64,000 bases of DNA. Origin: Octopus sinensis (Eukaryota). Where the stretch lies: positions 66,588,001-66,652,000 of the forward strand of contig NC_043010.1 in the NCBI RefSeq assembly GCF_006345805.1, written 5' to 3'. Shown here one piece after another: positions 35,966-48,200 of the stretch; positions within the stretch are counted from its first letter, which is position 1; each line of letters begins with the position of its first letter. A program made the translations under genes and the position numbers. The notes under the pieces are model-generated. The model did not search any database. It was given only the letters and a program-made list of their open reading frames with translations, and was not told where the DNA came from.

Positions 35966-37169
35966 ATCAAAACAATCTTCTGTGATATAATTCATTTTTG
36001 TTTTTACTTGTTGCAGTTATTAGACTGCGACCATGCTGGGGCACTACTTTGAGGAATTTTTAGATTGTATCAACCCCAGAATTTTTTTTTGATGATTTTT
36101 CAACCAGCGCATGAAATTAAGCCTAGAAGGTCTCTCGACATGCTAGAAATAACAGCTAAGTCTCTTGAAATTCTCTATAGCCCTCCCCCGACTACCTCGG
36201 TTATAATTTTTGGTTGTTCTTCGTTTTTATTTTTTTATCTTCTAAAAATCTTTTTACTTGTTTCAGTTACTGGACTGCGGCCATGCTGGGTCACCGCCTT
36301 GAAGAATTTTTAGTCGAATGTATCGACCCCAGAATTTTTTTTAGGCGATTTTCAACCAGCAGATAAAGTCAAGCATAGGTCTCTCCACATACTACAAATA
36401 ACAGCCAAATCTTACAAATCTTCTTTTTTATATATATAATTTCACGTAAACAAAAACGGAAATCACGGTAATAAAAAAATTATTTTCTAAAATTCTAATT
36501 TTTAAGTAAACAAAATATATTCAATCGAAAAACGGTGTCAAAACATCTATGTCACTCACAGTGGTATGTTCCGTGTGTTTCAATTATTTTCCTCGTTTTT
36601 AGAGTAATTTTAAAGTTTGAAAATGAAAATAAATCAATCTTTAACATCAATAATAGAATAAACAGAACACGAGACCCTTTACTATTCAATGTACATATTG
36701 TCTGAATTCTAACAAAAGGGGAAAAATTGCTTCAAGAAATGTGTAGAAACATAAAAACGATAAGAAATACGTTTGAATGACTATATACACACACATAAAA
36801 TGAAAGTAAATATTACACATGTCTTACAACTTATTCTCATTAATCTGTAAGTGCTGAGAGAAGAAAACAAAAGACTTTAAATATATATTTTAAAATGCTG
36901 ATTTTTCTGCGACCAAAAATTCTTCAAGCTGGTACCTTAGCATGGCCGCAGTCCAATGACTGAAATAAGTAAAATGATTTTAAAAAAACCCCGAGGGATT
37001 ATAAAAAAAATTTCAAGAGATTTGGCTGTTATTTCTAGCATGTGGAGATACCTTCTAGGCTTAGCTTCATGCGCTGGTTGAAAATCCTTTGAAAAAATTC
37101 GGGGGTTGTTGCATCGACTAAAAATTCTTCAAAGGGGTGTCCCAGGTGAATAAATAATCGCAAAATATA

Positions 37170-37590
37170 ACCGTGGGGCTTTTGTCCACTTTCATACTAT
37201 AACTATGGGGCTTTTGTCCTACACTCCAAATTATAACAGTTAGAGACCCATCTAAATACTGTAAAAAAAAATAAACAATAAAAGGTACTCATGAAGAAGA
37301 GAGTACCCAAATTTTGAAAATGAAATAAAATGTTCTTCAAAAGTAAACCATTCCGAAAGATGTTTAGAATGTTCTGAAAACATTCATCCCTGGTTTTCCA
37401 ATATTTTTCCCTCCAAAGAAACTCATCTTGATGGGATTCAATCATATTTGTTTGTACTCCCACCATACTCTTCAATCTGCGTTTATATAATGTAAGCACA
37501 TTCTTCTTCTTTAGAGATGAACATGCAGCATCAAAACTCTGAACGTTTGGCAAAATATCCATAAAACATTTTAAATAACAATAAATCAAA
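37170..37590 (-). mobile_element. Merlin/IS1595(ISXO2)-like transposase C-terminal remnant
   Basis: Minus-strand ORF has RRLKSMVGVQTNMIESHQDEFLWREKY..FQNIL, resembling the GV..L.YLDEF.WR end of ISXO2-like transposases; duplicated ggggcttttgtcc subterminal motif at 37175-37220. Confidence 0.55.
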
Positions 37591-38089
37591 TTATACCGAA
37601 ATGAATTACACGTTATTTCAAATTCAAAATTGTTTTATTTTCACTTTCTTAATGACTGAGGCGGGTCCTCTATTCTCCATGAGCACCCCGCAAAAAATAC
37701 TAACTTTATTCAGAAACATACACACTTAAACGCTTGCATTGGTGAACTACAACTCTTAGAGAGAACCAAGGCACCATGGATTTAGTTGACGAAAGCTGAA
37801 AAAAGTTCGTCGCATCTGAGAGTGGGTGTGTGTGAATTTGTATGTGTTTGTCCTTCACCACCGCTTGATTTCTTTACACCCTTTAAACTTTGGCAAAAGA
37901 GGTCAATAGGCTTTCAAAAAAATAAGTACTGGCGCCAATTTATTCGACTAAATTTAAAAAAAAAAGACCCTGCAAGACGGAAATTAAAGAAGTGTGCGGT
38001 GGGGGATTGAAAGTTGCGATTTTTGACAATTTGTTTTCAGAATCGGAGTCTCCTTAGCCGAAAATGTGGGATTCCGTTAAAAAAAAAAA

Positions 38090-38735
38090 AAATAAGGTTG
38101 GAGGGGTCCGTTTACGTTTCCGCCATGTGCGCCACTGAAACAAGTAAAAGATAAAAATTTTGGAATCAAAGTTCAGAAGAATTGACTCGGGCGGGATTTG
38201 AACTCAGAATGTAAAGGGACATAACTAAGTGCTGCAATCATTCTGTTCAACAGTCTACGCTTCTTGTAAACCAACGCTTATTCTTAGAAATAAATAATTA
38301 GTATATCTAGTAATAAAATTACTTTAAAAAGCCAATGATATCCAGAATTCTACTTTAATGTACATGTACTAAAATGAAGTAAATATTCTTTATACAAAGT
38401 GATAGGGTCCGGTTAAAATCCAAAATGTGTGAAGCGGAAGTTATGAATGACGAAATCAAGCCATCAACTAGGAAAGATACTTTTTAAAATTCTAAAACCA
38501 TAAGCAAATCGAAATATCCCAAACTAAATATTGATTAAATACCTTAATAAGAAATTACAATAAATTCATTCATTTATTTTGCACATTACAGGATATCTAC
38601 GATTGAATATTTCTTTCCGCCAAAGTTGTCAACAACATTTTAGCTTTTATATGCAATCCGTCCGGTGTCACACGGAATTTTGTCCCTGTTTAAAAATGTA
38701 TTTTAACTTCCTTATTTTTCCCACTCGTTCAAAAT
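38090..38735 (+). promoter_or_regulatory. CpG-enriched promoter region of the SLF2-like gene
   Basis: TTTCCGCCAT (E2F-like/YY1-like) at 38117-38126, GCGGAAGT (ETS-like) near 38434, AAAATATGGCG at the ATG; low repeat content. Confidence 0.5.
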
Positions 38736-38767
38736 ATGGCGTTCAAACGAAGATGTCTCAATTCCAG
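38736..38767 (+). CDS. SLF2: SLF2-like exon 1 (MAFKRRCLNS, phase 2; alternative ATG at 38753 gives MSQFQ, phase 0)
   Basis: aaaatATGGCG start context, strong donor CAG|GTAAGC, CpG-rich upstream region. Confidence 0.6.
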
Positions 38768-39905
38768 GTAAGCCCAACGATCCTTTTTACACACCTATTG
38801 TATCACTGCATTCGTAGCAGTTCATCTGGTGATGATGAACTTGCCTTTACTCTCTGTTATTTACATCACAGCAATTTATTAATTTGCCATTAAACATACA
38901 TTTGAATCTAATTTCGCTTGTGTTTGTTGTTATCAGTAATTCAGACACACACATACACATACATTGTGTGTGCATCTATTTCTAACACCTTCCTGCATAC
39001 ATATACCTACATATACACATAAACACACACATTTGTGTGCATCTATTTTTAACACTTTCCTACATACTAGAACGTAAACGCATTCACACACATACACAAA
39101 CATACATACACACACACACATATCTATATATAATGATAAAAACTAACAACAAAAGAATGAGACCTCGATATTAGAGAAATAGGATTATTCATATATGTAA
39201 ATAATAATAATAGCATTTTATAATTTCACAAACTTAAAGGTTATAAGTGATCACCGTGCAATTCTTTAGTCATCGGATAAAACACTATTGTCGTTATTTA
39301 CAGAATTGTAAAAATCGACGCTATATATATACTAGCAGTATCGCCCGGCGTTGCTCGGGTTTGTAAGGGAAATAACTATATAAGCATTTTTAGGGAGTTA
39401 TAGCCAAAAAATAGCAAAAAAATGCATTAAAATGGACAAAAATGATGGTAATTTTTTTTAAAAATCGTACACTCATCGTAGACGCTCGCTAATACCCAGA
39501 AGGGCTCGATATGAATCACGACTATAAGATACCCGCTTTTGGTTAAACTGCACCGAAAAATGTGGGAGTAGTTAGGAATCTAAATCGTAGGAGACAGACA
39601 GACACACAACTTCACTTTTATATATAAAGATATATATATATATATATATTGGATCGTCAGTAAAACATAAACCCGGAAAAGAAGCACCGTCGAAGTGAGA
39701 GAGCAGAAGAGTATAAGAAAACCTTAGATGTGGCCGGTCAATGGGTTACCCTGGGTTTCACGTCCATTAAGCTCTTAGCGTTTCTTCAGACAACTAAATC
39801 CGTTGGCCCCACGGATTTGGGGTCTGAAGAAACGCTGTAGAGCTAAGCGCTTTATGGGCGTGAAACATAGGGTAACATCGTTGACCTGCAATAGCTAACT
39901 TTATC

Positions 39906-39940
<35 letters not shown>

Positions 39941-39969
39941 GTATATGTGTGTGTGTGTATATATATGTA

Positions 39970-40017
<48 letters not shown>

Positions 40018-43000
40018 GTGTAATTTTCTGTGAAATCTGGTTTAAAAGCTAGCTAGTAATTTAAAAATAGCAACTGTAACCAACTGTTTTTAGTGACTAC
40101 ATAGGAATTTTTAAAAAATGTTTACTGCCGGATACAGTTGTGTTTCTCGTTAAATAAAATAGTTGATGCTATTTTTGTTTAGTTTTCATTGAAAAAGCTA
40201 AATATGCTTTTAAATATTTTTTTATGGGTTTACAGCGGCAGTATATATATATATATATATTTCAAACGAAATAATATCGGGTTTTCTATAACACAAGGTG
40301 ACGACATTTACTTCAGCACGAACCAGCAGCAGACGCCAAGCGCGAACCCTTTTGTCTTCATTCCACCAATGGAGTCTTTATGCGGTCACTCAACTTACTA
40401 GAAGTAGCAGCTAAATCTCTATAAAAATGACATCTTTTGTCACACTATTCTGATTTTTTACTCAAAGGTGGAGAGCTAGTGGAATTGCTAGCAAGTCGGA
40501 CAAAATGTTTAGCGGCATTTCTCTAGGTATACGTTCGAAGTTCAAATTCCGCCAAAGTCGACTTTAACTTTTCATCGTTTTGGGGTCGATAAAATAAGTA
40601 TAAGTCAAGTACTGGAGTCGATGTACCCGACGTGCCTCTTCCCTCGAAATTACTGTGTGCAGCTTTCGTCACCAACACGTTTTCCTTTCTGTTCGTCTCT
40701 GAGCGCCCGGAGAACAAATTTTGCACACGTTCAGATCTTCATTAATAGTTCAGTGTACAGTTGCCACACCAACTCCAAAATGCATGTTTGTCATCTTTGT
40801 ATTGGATCATCCCATAAATAATTCGTTTTTTTTTCAATTGCATGCTCTAAAAGTTGGAGGTGGGTGGGACAAACTCCTTGCATCAACATGCTATAATGGG
40901 TTCTCCATAAAAATGTCAAGCGCTGAAGACTGTGGGTACAGAAAGGAGAAACACTGGCATCCCAGGCTAAAGAAGGTCTTCACCCACGTAAGGTGTTGTT
41001 ATCTGTTTGGTGAGATATGAAAGGTTTTATCTACTTTGGACTTTTAAACCCAAGCCAAACGATAACAAAGGAGATCTGCTATAAGCAGCTTGAGTCAGCG
41101 CAAGAAGAAAAACAACCATCTTTGCTTTCAAGACGAAAAGTGTTCTTCCATCAGGATAATGCTCAGACACATACAGCAAGGATGACATTCTAAAGGCTGG
41201 AGCAGTTTGAATGGGAAACGATGCCCCACTCACCATATTTGCTGGACATTGTCCCATCTGATTATCATTTATTCTACAGTCTTCAAAATCATTTAGACAG
41301 AAAAAATAGGAATTCTATAGATGAGGTCAGAACTGTACTGGAGGAGTATTTTTTGTGACAGACAAATGAATTTTGGAAGAGGGGCCTTGCAAGTCTTCCA
41401 GATAGATGGGAGAGCATTGTAGAAAATAAAGGAGAGTATATTTTAGATTAAAAGAGAACTTTATCCCAATGTGGTCGATGCCAGAGCTGCCTGACTGGCT
41501 CCCGTACCAGTGGCACATAAAAAGCATCCACCACACTCTCGGAGTGGTTGGCATTAGGAAGGGCATCCAGCTGTAGAAACCTCGCCAGATCAGATTGGGG
41601 TCTGGTGCAGCCTACTGGCTTGCCAGTCCTCAGTCAAACCGTCCAACCCATGCCAGCATGGAAAACGGACGTTAAACAATGGTGATGATGATGAAGAGAA
41701 GTATAAAAAAAAACCGTATTATGATCTGACCCAATAGATATACAATGGTCTTTATTCAGAAAATTGTGAATTTTCTCAACCACCTCTGATGTTCTAATTC
41801 CTCTCTCACCCCCACATCTCTCATGGTCTCTCACCTCTACCTTCCTTGAACCTTTTGTGTCAGTGCAAAGCAGCTTCTTGGCTCATACAAGTTTATCCTT
41901 AGTCTGAAGCATTTCATAAGTTTATGTAGCATTTTTACCCAGTTTAACCCTTTAGTGTTCAAATTTCTCTATTAAATGTAATACTTTTTCACTCAAATTG
42001 TTTTGAATTAATCATGCATTACCTTATAGCTTTGTGGTTTCAATGATGTGATTGTTTATTTTTAGAATGTCAATGTAGGTTAGGTGTGAGAGGCTAGATG
42101 TGGCCAGTTTGAATATAAAATATGTAGAATATATTGGGTCGGATTTGGCCAGTTTAAACACTAAAGGATTAACACAAAACTTTACTGCATAGTGGGCTTC
42201 CAAGATGTCTTCACGTCCTGATTGCACTCTTGAAACTAGTCAGGTGTGACAAACAGAGCACAGTAAGGTGTGTTCAAAGAGCTGTTACTACTGTTTTATC
42301 TTCAATCTCAAATAACAAATGTTGACAGGTCAGCTTGTCTGGTGTATAGTAATGACACAGTATAATCTAAATAATGTAGGGCAGTTTATAACTACCTCCC
42401 CTAAAAGCGAGTCTCAAGGTTTCAGGTAGGCATCTCATATGTATTATATATGTAATAATTAAACTGTATGAAGTTTGGTGAAAAAATCTTTTAAAATTAA
42501 ATCCTGCTTGAGACCCGCCTAAAAAGCTACACCTGTATGGACTCTCACTCTATCTCTCTCTCTCCTCCTCTCTCTCTCCTCCTCCTCTCTCTCTCCTCCT
42601 CATCTCTCTCCCTACTTTGGTTTTGAACAAAAAGCTTTCTCATCAGACCACTCCTTCTGTAAGGACTTCTCTGTATTGACTTACTGCTATTCCTGTGAAA
42701 ATGATTGCTGTCTATTCCTTCTTACTCGCCCTCATACAATCGTCCCCAAGCAACCTAAATGCCCCACCCTTAACCCTAACCGTCTCATTATATATTTCTT
42801 TACTACCCACAAGGGGTTAAACACAGAGGACGAACAGGGACAGACAAACGGATTAAGTCGATTACATCGACCCCAGTGCGTAACTGGTACTTAATTTATC
42901 GACCCCGAAAGGATGAAAGGCAAAGTCGACCTTGGCAGAATTTGAACCCAGAACGTAATGGCAGATGAAATACCTATTTCTTTACTACCCACAAGGGGCT

Positions 43001-45260
43001 AAACATAGAGGGGACAAACAAGGACAGACAAACGGATTAAGTCGATTACATCGACCCCGAAAGGATGAAGGGCAAAGTCGACCTCGGCGGAATTTGAACT
43101 CAGAACGTAACGGCAGACGAAATACCTATTTCTTTACTACCCACAAGGGGCCAAACACAGAGAGGACGAACAATGACAGACAAACGGATTAAGTCGATTA
43201 CATCGATCCCAGTGCGTAACTGGTACTTAATTTATCGACCCCCGAAAGGATGAAAGGCAAAGTCGACTTCGGCGGAATTTGAACCCAGAATGTAACGGCA
43301 GACGAAATACGGCTAAGCATTTCGCCCAGCGTGCTAACGATTCTGCCAGCTCGCTGCCTCATTATATAGAAACCTTAATTATGAATTCCAGTGGGGATAT
43401 GCATATTCTATATTTTATCTATCTGTCTGTCTTTATGTTTGTGTCTGTGTTTTGACATGATGTAATATCAGGCCAACCTCTTCAGAGTGTACTGGGTGCT
43501 TTTTACGTGGCACCACCAACTGTGGTGGTGGGGTGTGGTATTGAGGGACATGGCTATGTGTCAGATGATAAGTTAGAGCAGTGGTTTTCAACCAGTGTTC
43601 CGCGGAACCTTAGGGTTCTGCCAGTACAGTGCAGGGCTTCTGCAAGAAGTTACAAAACTGCTAAAATGGGCAGTAATTTTTAAGTCTCCTGTGCAGATAT
43701 GTGTGCATAAGACTATTAAATTATTGCACAGGGGTTCCTCGAGCCAGTGGAATGTTTCCTTGGGGTTCTGCTCAAGCAAAAAAGTTTGAAAAGTATGAAT
43801 AGGGTGTCTTGTGATAGAGGAGACACATGGCTACCTCAGTTAGGCAGAAGGAGAGAGGGAGAGGCAGCAAGCTGGCAGAAACGTTAGCACGCCGGGCAAA
43901 ATGCTTAGTGGTATTTTGTCTGCCATTACGTTCTGAGTTCAAATTCTGCCGAGGATAATGGAAGCTATCTTCTACCTCCTTGGGCATTTAGGGATATCTC
44001 ATAGCTTATAGTTGCTGCACATCTGCCTCACAGGACTACTTTGTCTGTTAACCTTCCTGTGATTCCACTGCACTTCTTTATTTTGCACTAGGGAAACTGT
44101 ATAGAATTTCTCCCTTCACTTATTTTACATATCAAGCTGAGTCATTTCCCTGAAAGGGTTGATTAATAATTTGTCTGCTTTTTTGTCTAATAGTATTTCG
44201 GTCTTTGCTGCATGTTTATGTGTTGTTATTAGTGACAAGGAAGAATATCTGGTTGTAGAAAACCTGCCATATCAAAATTTTGTTTGACCCATGCAAACAT
44301 GGTAAAATGGACATTAGAATAATAATAATAATAACAACAATAATAATAATAATAATAATGGTGGTGGGAGATCTGGTCTCGTGATGTCTATGGCCTTTAC
44401 AGATCCTTGGTGACTTGATGCCGTTAATGTTCTGCTTAAACTGTTGTAAGTCAGTGAATGCTGGGAAAATGTTCAGGGATGGAATTTTCTAGGGTTGATA
44501 TATATTGGAGAACTCAGCATAAGGGATAGTGCAAGGTCTGGAAGTGGAGGACAATAGGAGAGACAAGTCACAAGACAAGACATTTCTGAGGAACCAATGT
44601 CATTTTTACTTGTTCTAAAATAGGCAGAAACAAGAGACATTTTATATATATATATATATTGGCAAATTAAATTTAAATGTTGAAGTGAATCTAACGGTTT
44701 TTATATGTTTCTTAAATGGCTTATAAACACCTTCCATGCTGCAACTGTTTTAATTCCAGCACACAATCTCAGATCAGGTCACTTGCTATGCAAGTACATC
44801 TCCGTAATAATGTGTATATATATATATATATATATAGGTCTTTCACGCTATCTACCCGATAATTTCTTGTTAAGTTTTCCTTATTAAGAAGTTGTCCTTA
44901 ATTGCTAAATTTTTATTCCGAAAAAACTTTTCCTTTCCCGAAATGCAATTCGTAAAAGTCTGCCATTTACCGGATGTAATATATGTAAACCCACCCATGT
45001 GCTTCGTTGAAGTTGATCAGTTAGCTGCTCGGCTTGGACGAGGTGGGTTCGTTTATTTATGATACGTCCAGGCTTGCTGATGAATACAGAGGTATGAAAT
45101 CACAGGTGATACAAGTCCATATTTTTAAATGTCTTACTTTGAAAAATTGCATTCGGTGGGATTAGTAAAATTTTTGGTAGAAGTGACTAATTTTGTCCCT
45201 CTTAGCGTGTGGCATGTATGTATAATAATGCCCTCTATATATAAATATATATATATATAG

Positions 45261-45291
<31 letters not shown>

Positions 45292-48200
45292 ATGATTTCA
45301 GATATTTGTCTTAAACATTCAGACAAGCAAATTTATAATTCCGATGTATGACATGAGTTATTATTCCATTCAGATAACCACATATTTATATTAAGAGTCA
45401 GATGTTAAAAATATAGAAATATATAAGGGGTACCATGAAAGTAGAAAATATATTAAAGGAGGCAAGTGAAATATATTTAATATATTTTCTACTTTCATAG
45501 TACCCCTTATATATTCTTGGGTTTTTTATTTTTTATGTTTTTATTCTTATATTTCTATATTCGTAACATCTGACTCATAATATAAATATGTGGTTATTTG
45601 AATTGAATAATGCCTCATGTCATACATCTGAATTATGAATTTACTTGTCTGAATGTTTAAGACATTATGTGAAATTTTTATCGTACACCATTAAGAAGGG
45701 CACCCTGCCGTAGAAGCCATACCAAAGCAGACTACATCTTGGTGCCACTCTCTGGCTTACCAATTCCAGTCAAACTGTCTAGCCCATGCCAGCATGGAAA
45801 GCAGATGCTAAATGATGACATATATATATAGGCACAGGAGTGGCTGTGTGGTAAGAAGCTTGTTTCCCAACCACATGGTTCTGGGCTCAGTCCTACTGTG
45901 AGGCACCTTGGGGGCAAATGTGACTGAAAGAAAAAAAATATCAGAGTTGGTTTGTTTGACTAAAACCCTTGAAGGTGGTGCCTTTTATAACTGCACCCCC
46001 CCACACACACACACCAAAAAAAAAACTGAGATTGCTTGCAGGGTGACAGGTGTGGAATGTTAGTGGGAAACTATTTTGGCTTTTGCTAATGGAAACTTTC
46101 ATGGGATATTTTTGAAATTTGTAAAAGCTGTGTTGAAGATAAATTGAAATATGGTGATTATACCCTTATCAGTGGTCTTGTGGGTTTACTCTTTTACTTG
46201 TTTAAGTCATTTGACTGTGGCCATGCTGAAGCACCGCCTTTAGTCGAGCACATTGACCCCAGGACTTATTCTTTGCTGGACCGCTAAGTTACGGGGACGT
46301 AAACACGCCAACATCGGTTGTCAAGCGGTGTTGTGGGGACAAACACACACACACACATATATGTATATATATATATTGTGCGCGAGAAGACCCGGCAGGA
46401 CAATTGAGGCCATAACCCATGGCCCTACCTGGGACATAGTCAGTCCACCTGTGCATACCTTCCTTCTTGGGACACATAACTGACAGGTTGTTATCATCTG
46501 TATAGGACTGGACATTATTGGAATTGGTGACAAAGGGGTTGTTGAAGCAGAGGAAGAAGGGAGTGAAAGACAAAACTGAACTTGAAGTCATACCATTCAT
46601 TCTTTCTAGAAATCGAGTAGAGATGATTCATTTATCACTGTGGTCTTCTATTTGGAGCAAAACCTCCCTGAAAATTGAGAATCTATGTGTTTGTGTACCA
46701 GGTGCAAGTGAAAGTTTTAATGCCGTCAGAGCCAACAACTGCGTTTTCACCAAATTCTTGTGGAGGAGTGATCATCGGGGAGTGGCATTGGAGAGTAGGC
46801 CTCCAGTAGGTCTGGCTTTACAAAAACCATGCTGATTGACATTAATGAAATCCAGGAACTTGTCTGGCCATTTTTCATATCTCGTTGTAAACATATGAGT
46901 TAGAATTACAATGGATGCAGCTGAGAGACCATTTCCTGTTTTCAAGATCCAGTGGAAACGCGTGCAATTTGGGAGTTAAAGTAATCATTTTGAAGTAGTT
47001 GCACGTTCAGCTGGCTGTGAGTAAGCGAATTCAGTTGTTTCTGTGTTTTTACTTTGCAGGCATGATTGTCTGGCACCTGTGTCGGTGGCACATAAAAAGC
47101 ACCCACTACACTCATGGAGTGGTTGGCATTAGGAAGGGCATCCAGCTGTAGAAACACTGCCAGATCAGATTGGAGCCTGGTGCAGCCATCTGGCTTCCCA
47201 GACCCCAGTTGAACCGTCCAACCCATGCTAGCATGAAAAACGGACGTTAGGAAGGGCATCCAGCTGTAGAAACACTGCCAGATCTGACTGGCCTGGTGCA
47301 GCCTTCGGGCTTCCCAGACCCCAGTTGAACCGTCCAACCCATGCTAGCATGGAAAGCGGACGTTAAACGATGATGATGATGATATATACATACATACAAC
47401 GGGCTTCTTTCAGTTTTCGTCTACCAAATCCACTCACAAGGCTTTGGTTGGCCTGTGGCTATAGTAGAAGACACTTGCCCAAGGTACCACGCAGTGGAAC
47501 TGAACCTGGAACCATGTGGTTCGTAAGCAAGCTACTTAAAACAGGTAGAATATTTGGGCTGGATGTGTCTGGTTTAACTGCTAAAGTTTTAAAACAATAC
47601 TGGTAGGTCATTTGTAGCCCTTGACCTTTCTAATATGTGACATTCTCTCTTGTTTTGAGAGGAACCCGTTAATTTTGAAATGAATCCTCCTTTTCATATT
47701 TTCATGCAGGAAACTTTTCATTAAATTATGTTCCAGACAATATAACAAAGAAATTCCCTCCAATTTTTTTTTTTGTAATTATTATTTTCAAAATTTATTT
47801 CAAATTTCAAACATTTTTTTCATGAGGTTAGAATATAATTTTTATCTTTCTTTTTATTATGGCAAAGTTTGATTTGACTGCTGCAACTCTGTTGAGTGTG
47901 TGTGTGTTTGTGTATTCATAAATACAGGGAATGTATTTTTTTTTTTTTTGCTTGTTTTCCACTTTCAGTCACGAATCAATCTTGAAGTATTTTCGAGTTT
48001 GCCGTGATCCGTGTGAGAGATTTTATTGTCTTACATTTTGAAATAAGTTTCAGTGAGTTATTGTGGTAATACCATTAACTTTTCTAATGACATTATAATA
48101 ATACTACTAGTGCTGTTGCTGCTGCTACTACTACTACTACTAATAATAATAATAATAATTATGTTCAGTAATAATTTCATCTGTAAATAATACTGGTAAA

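Noticed and set aside
40309-40385. Candidate exon STNQQQTPSANPFVFIPPMESL in SLF2 intron 1
   Set aside because: No good donor, and it runs into a dispersed repeat; not needed for phase.
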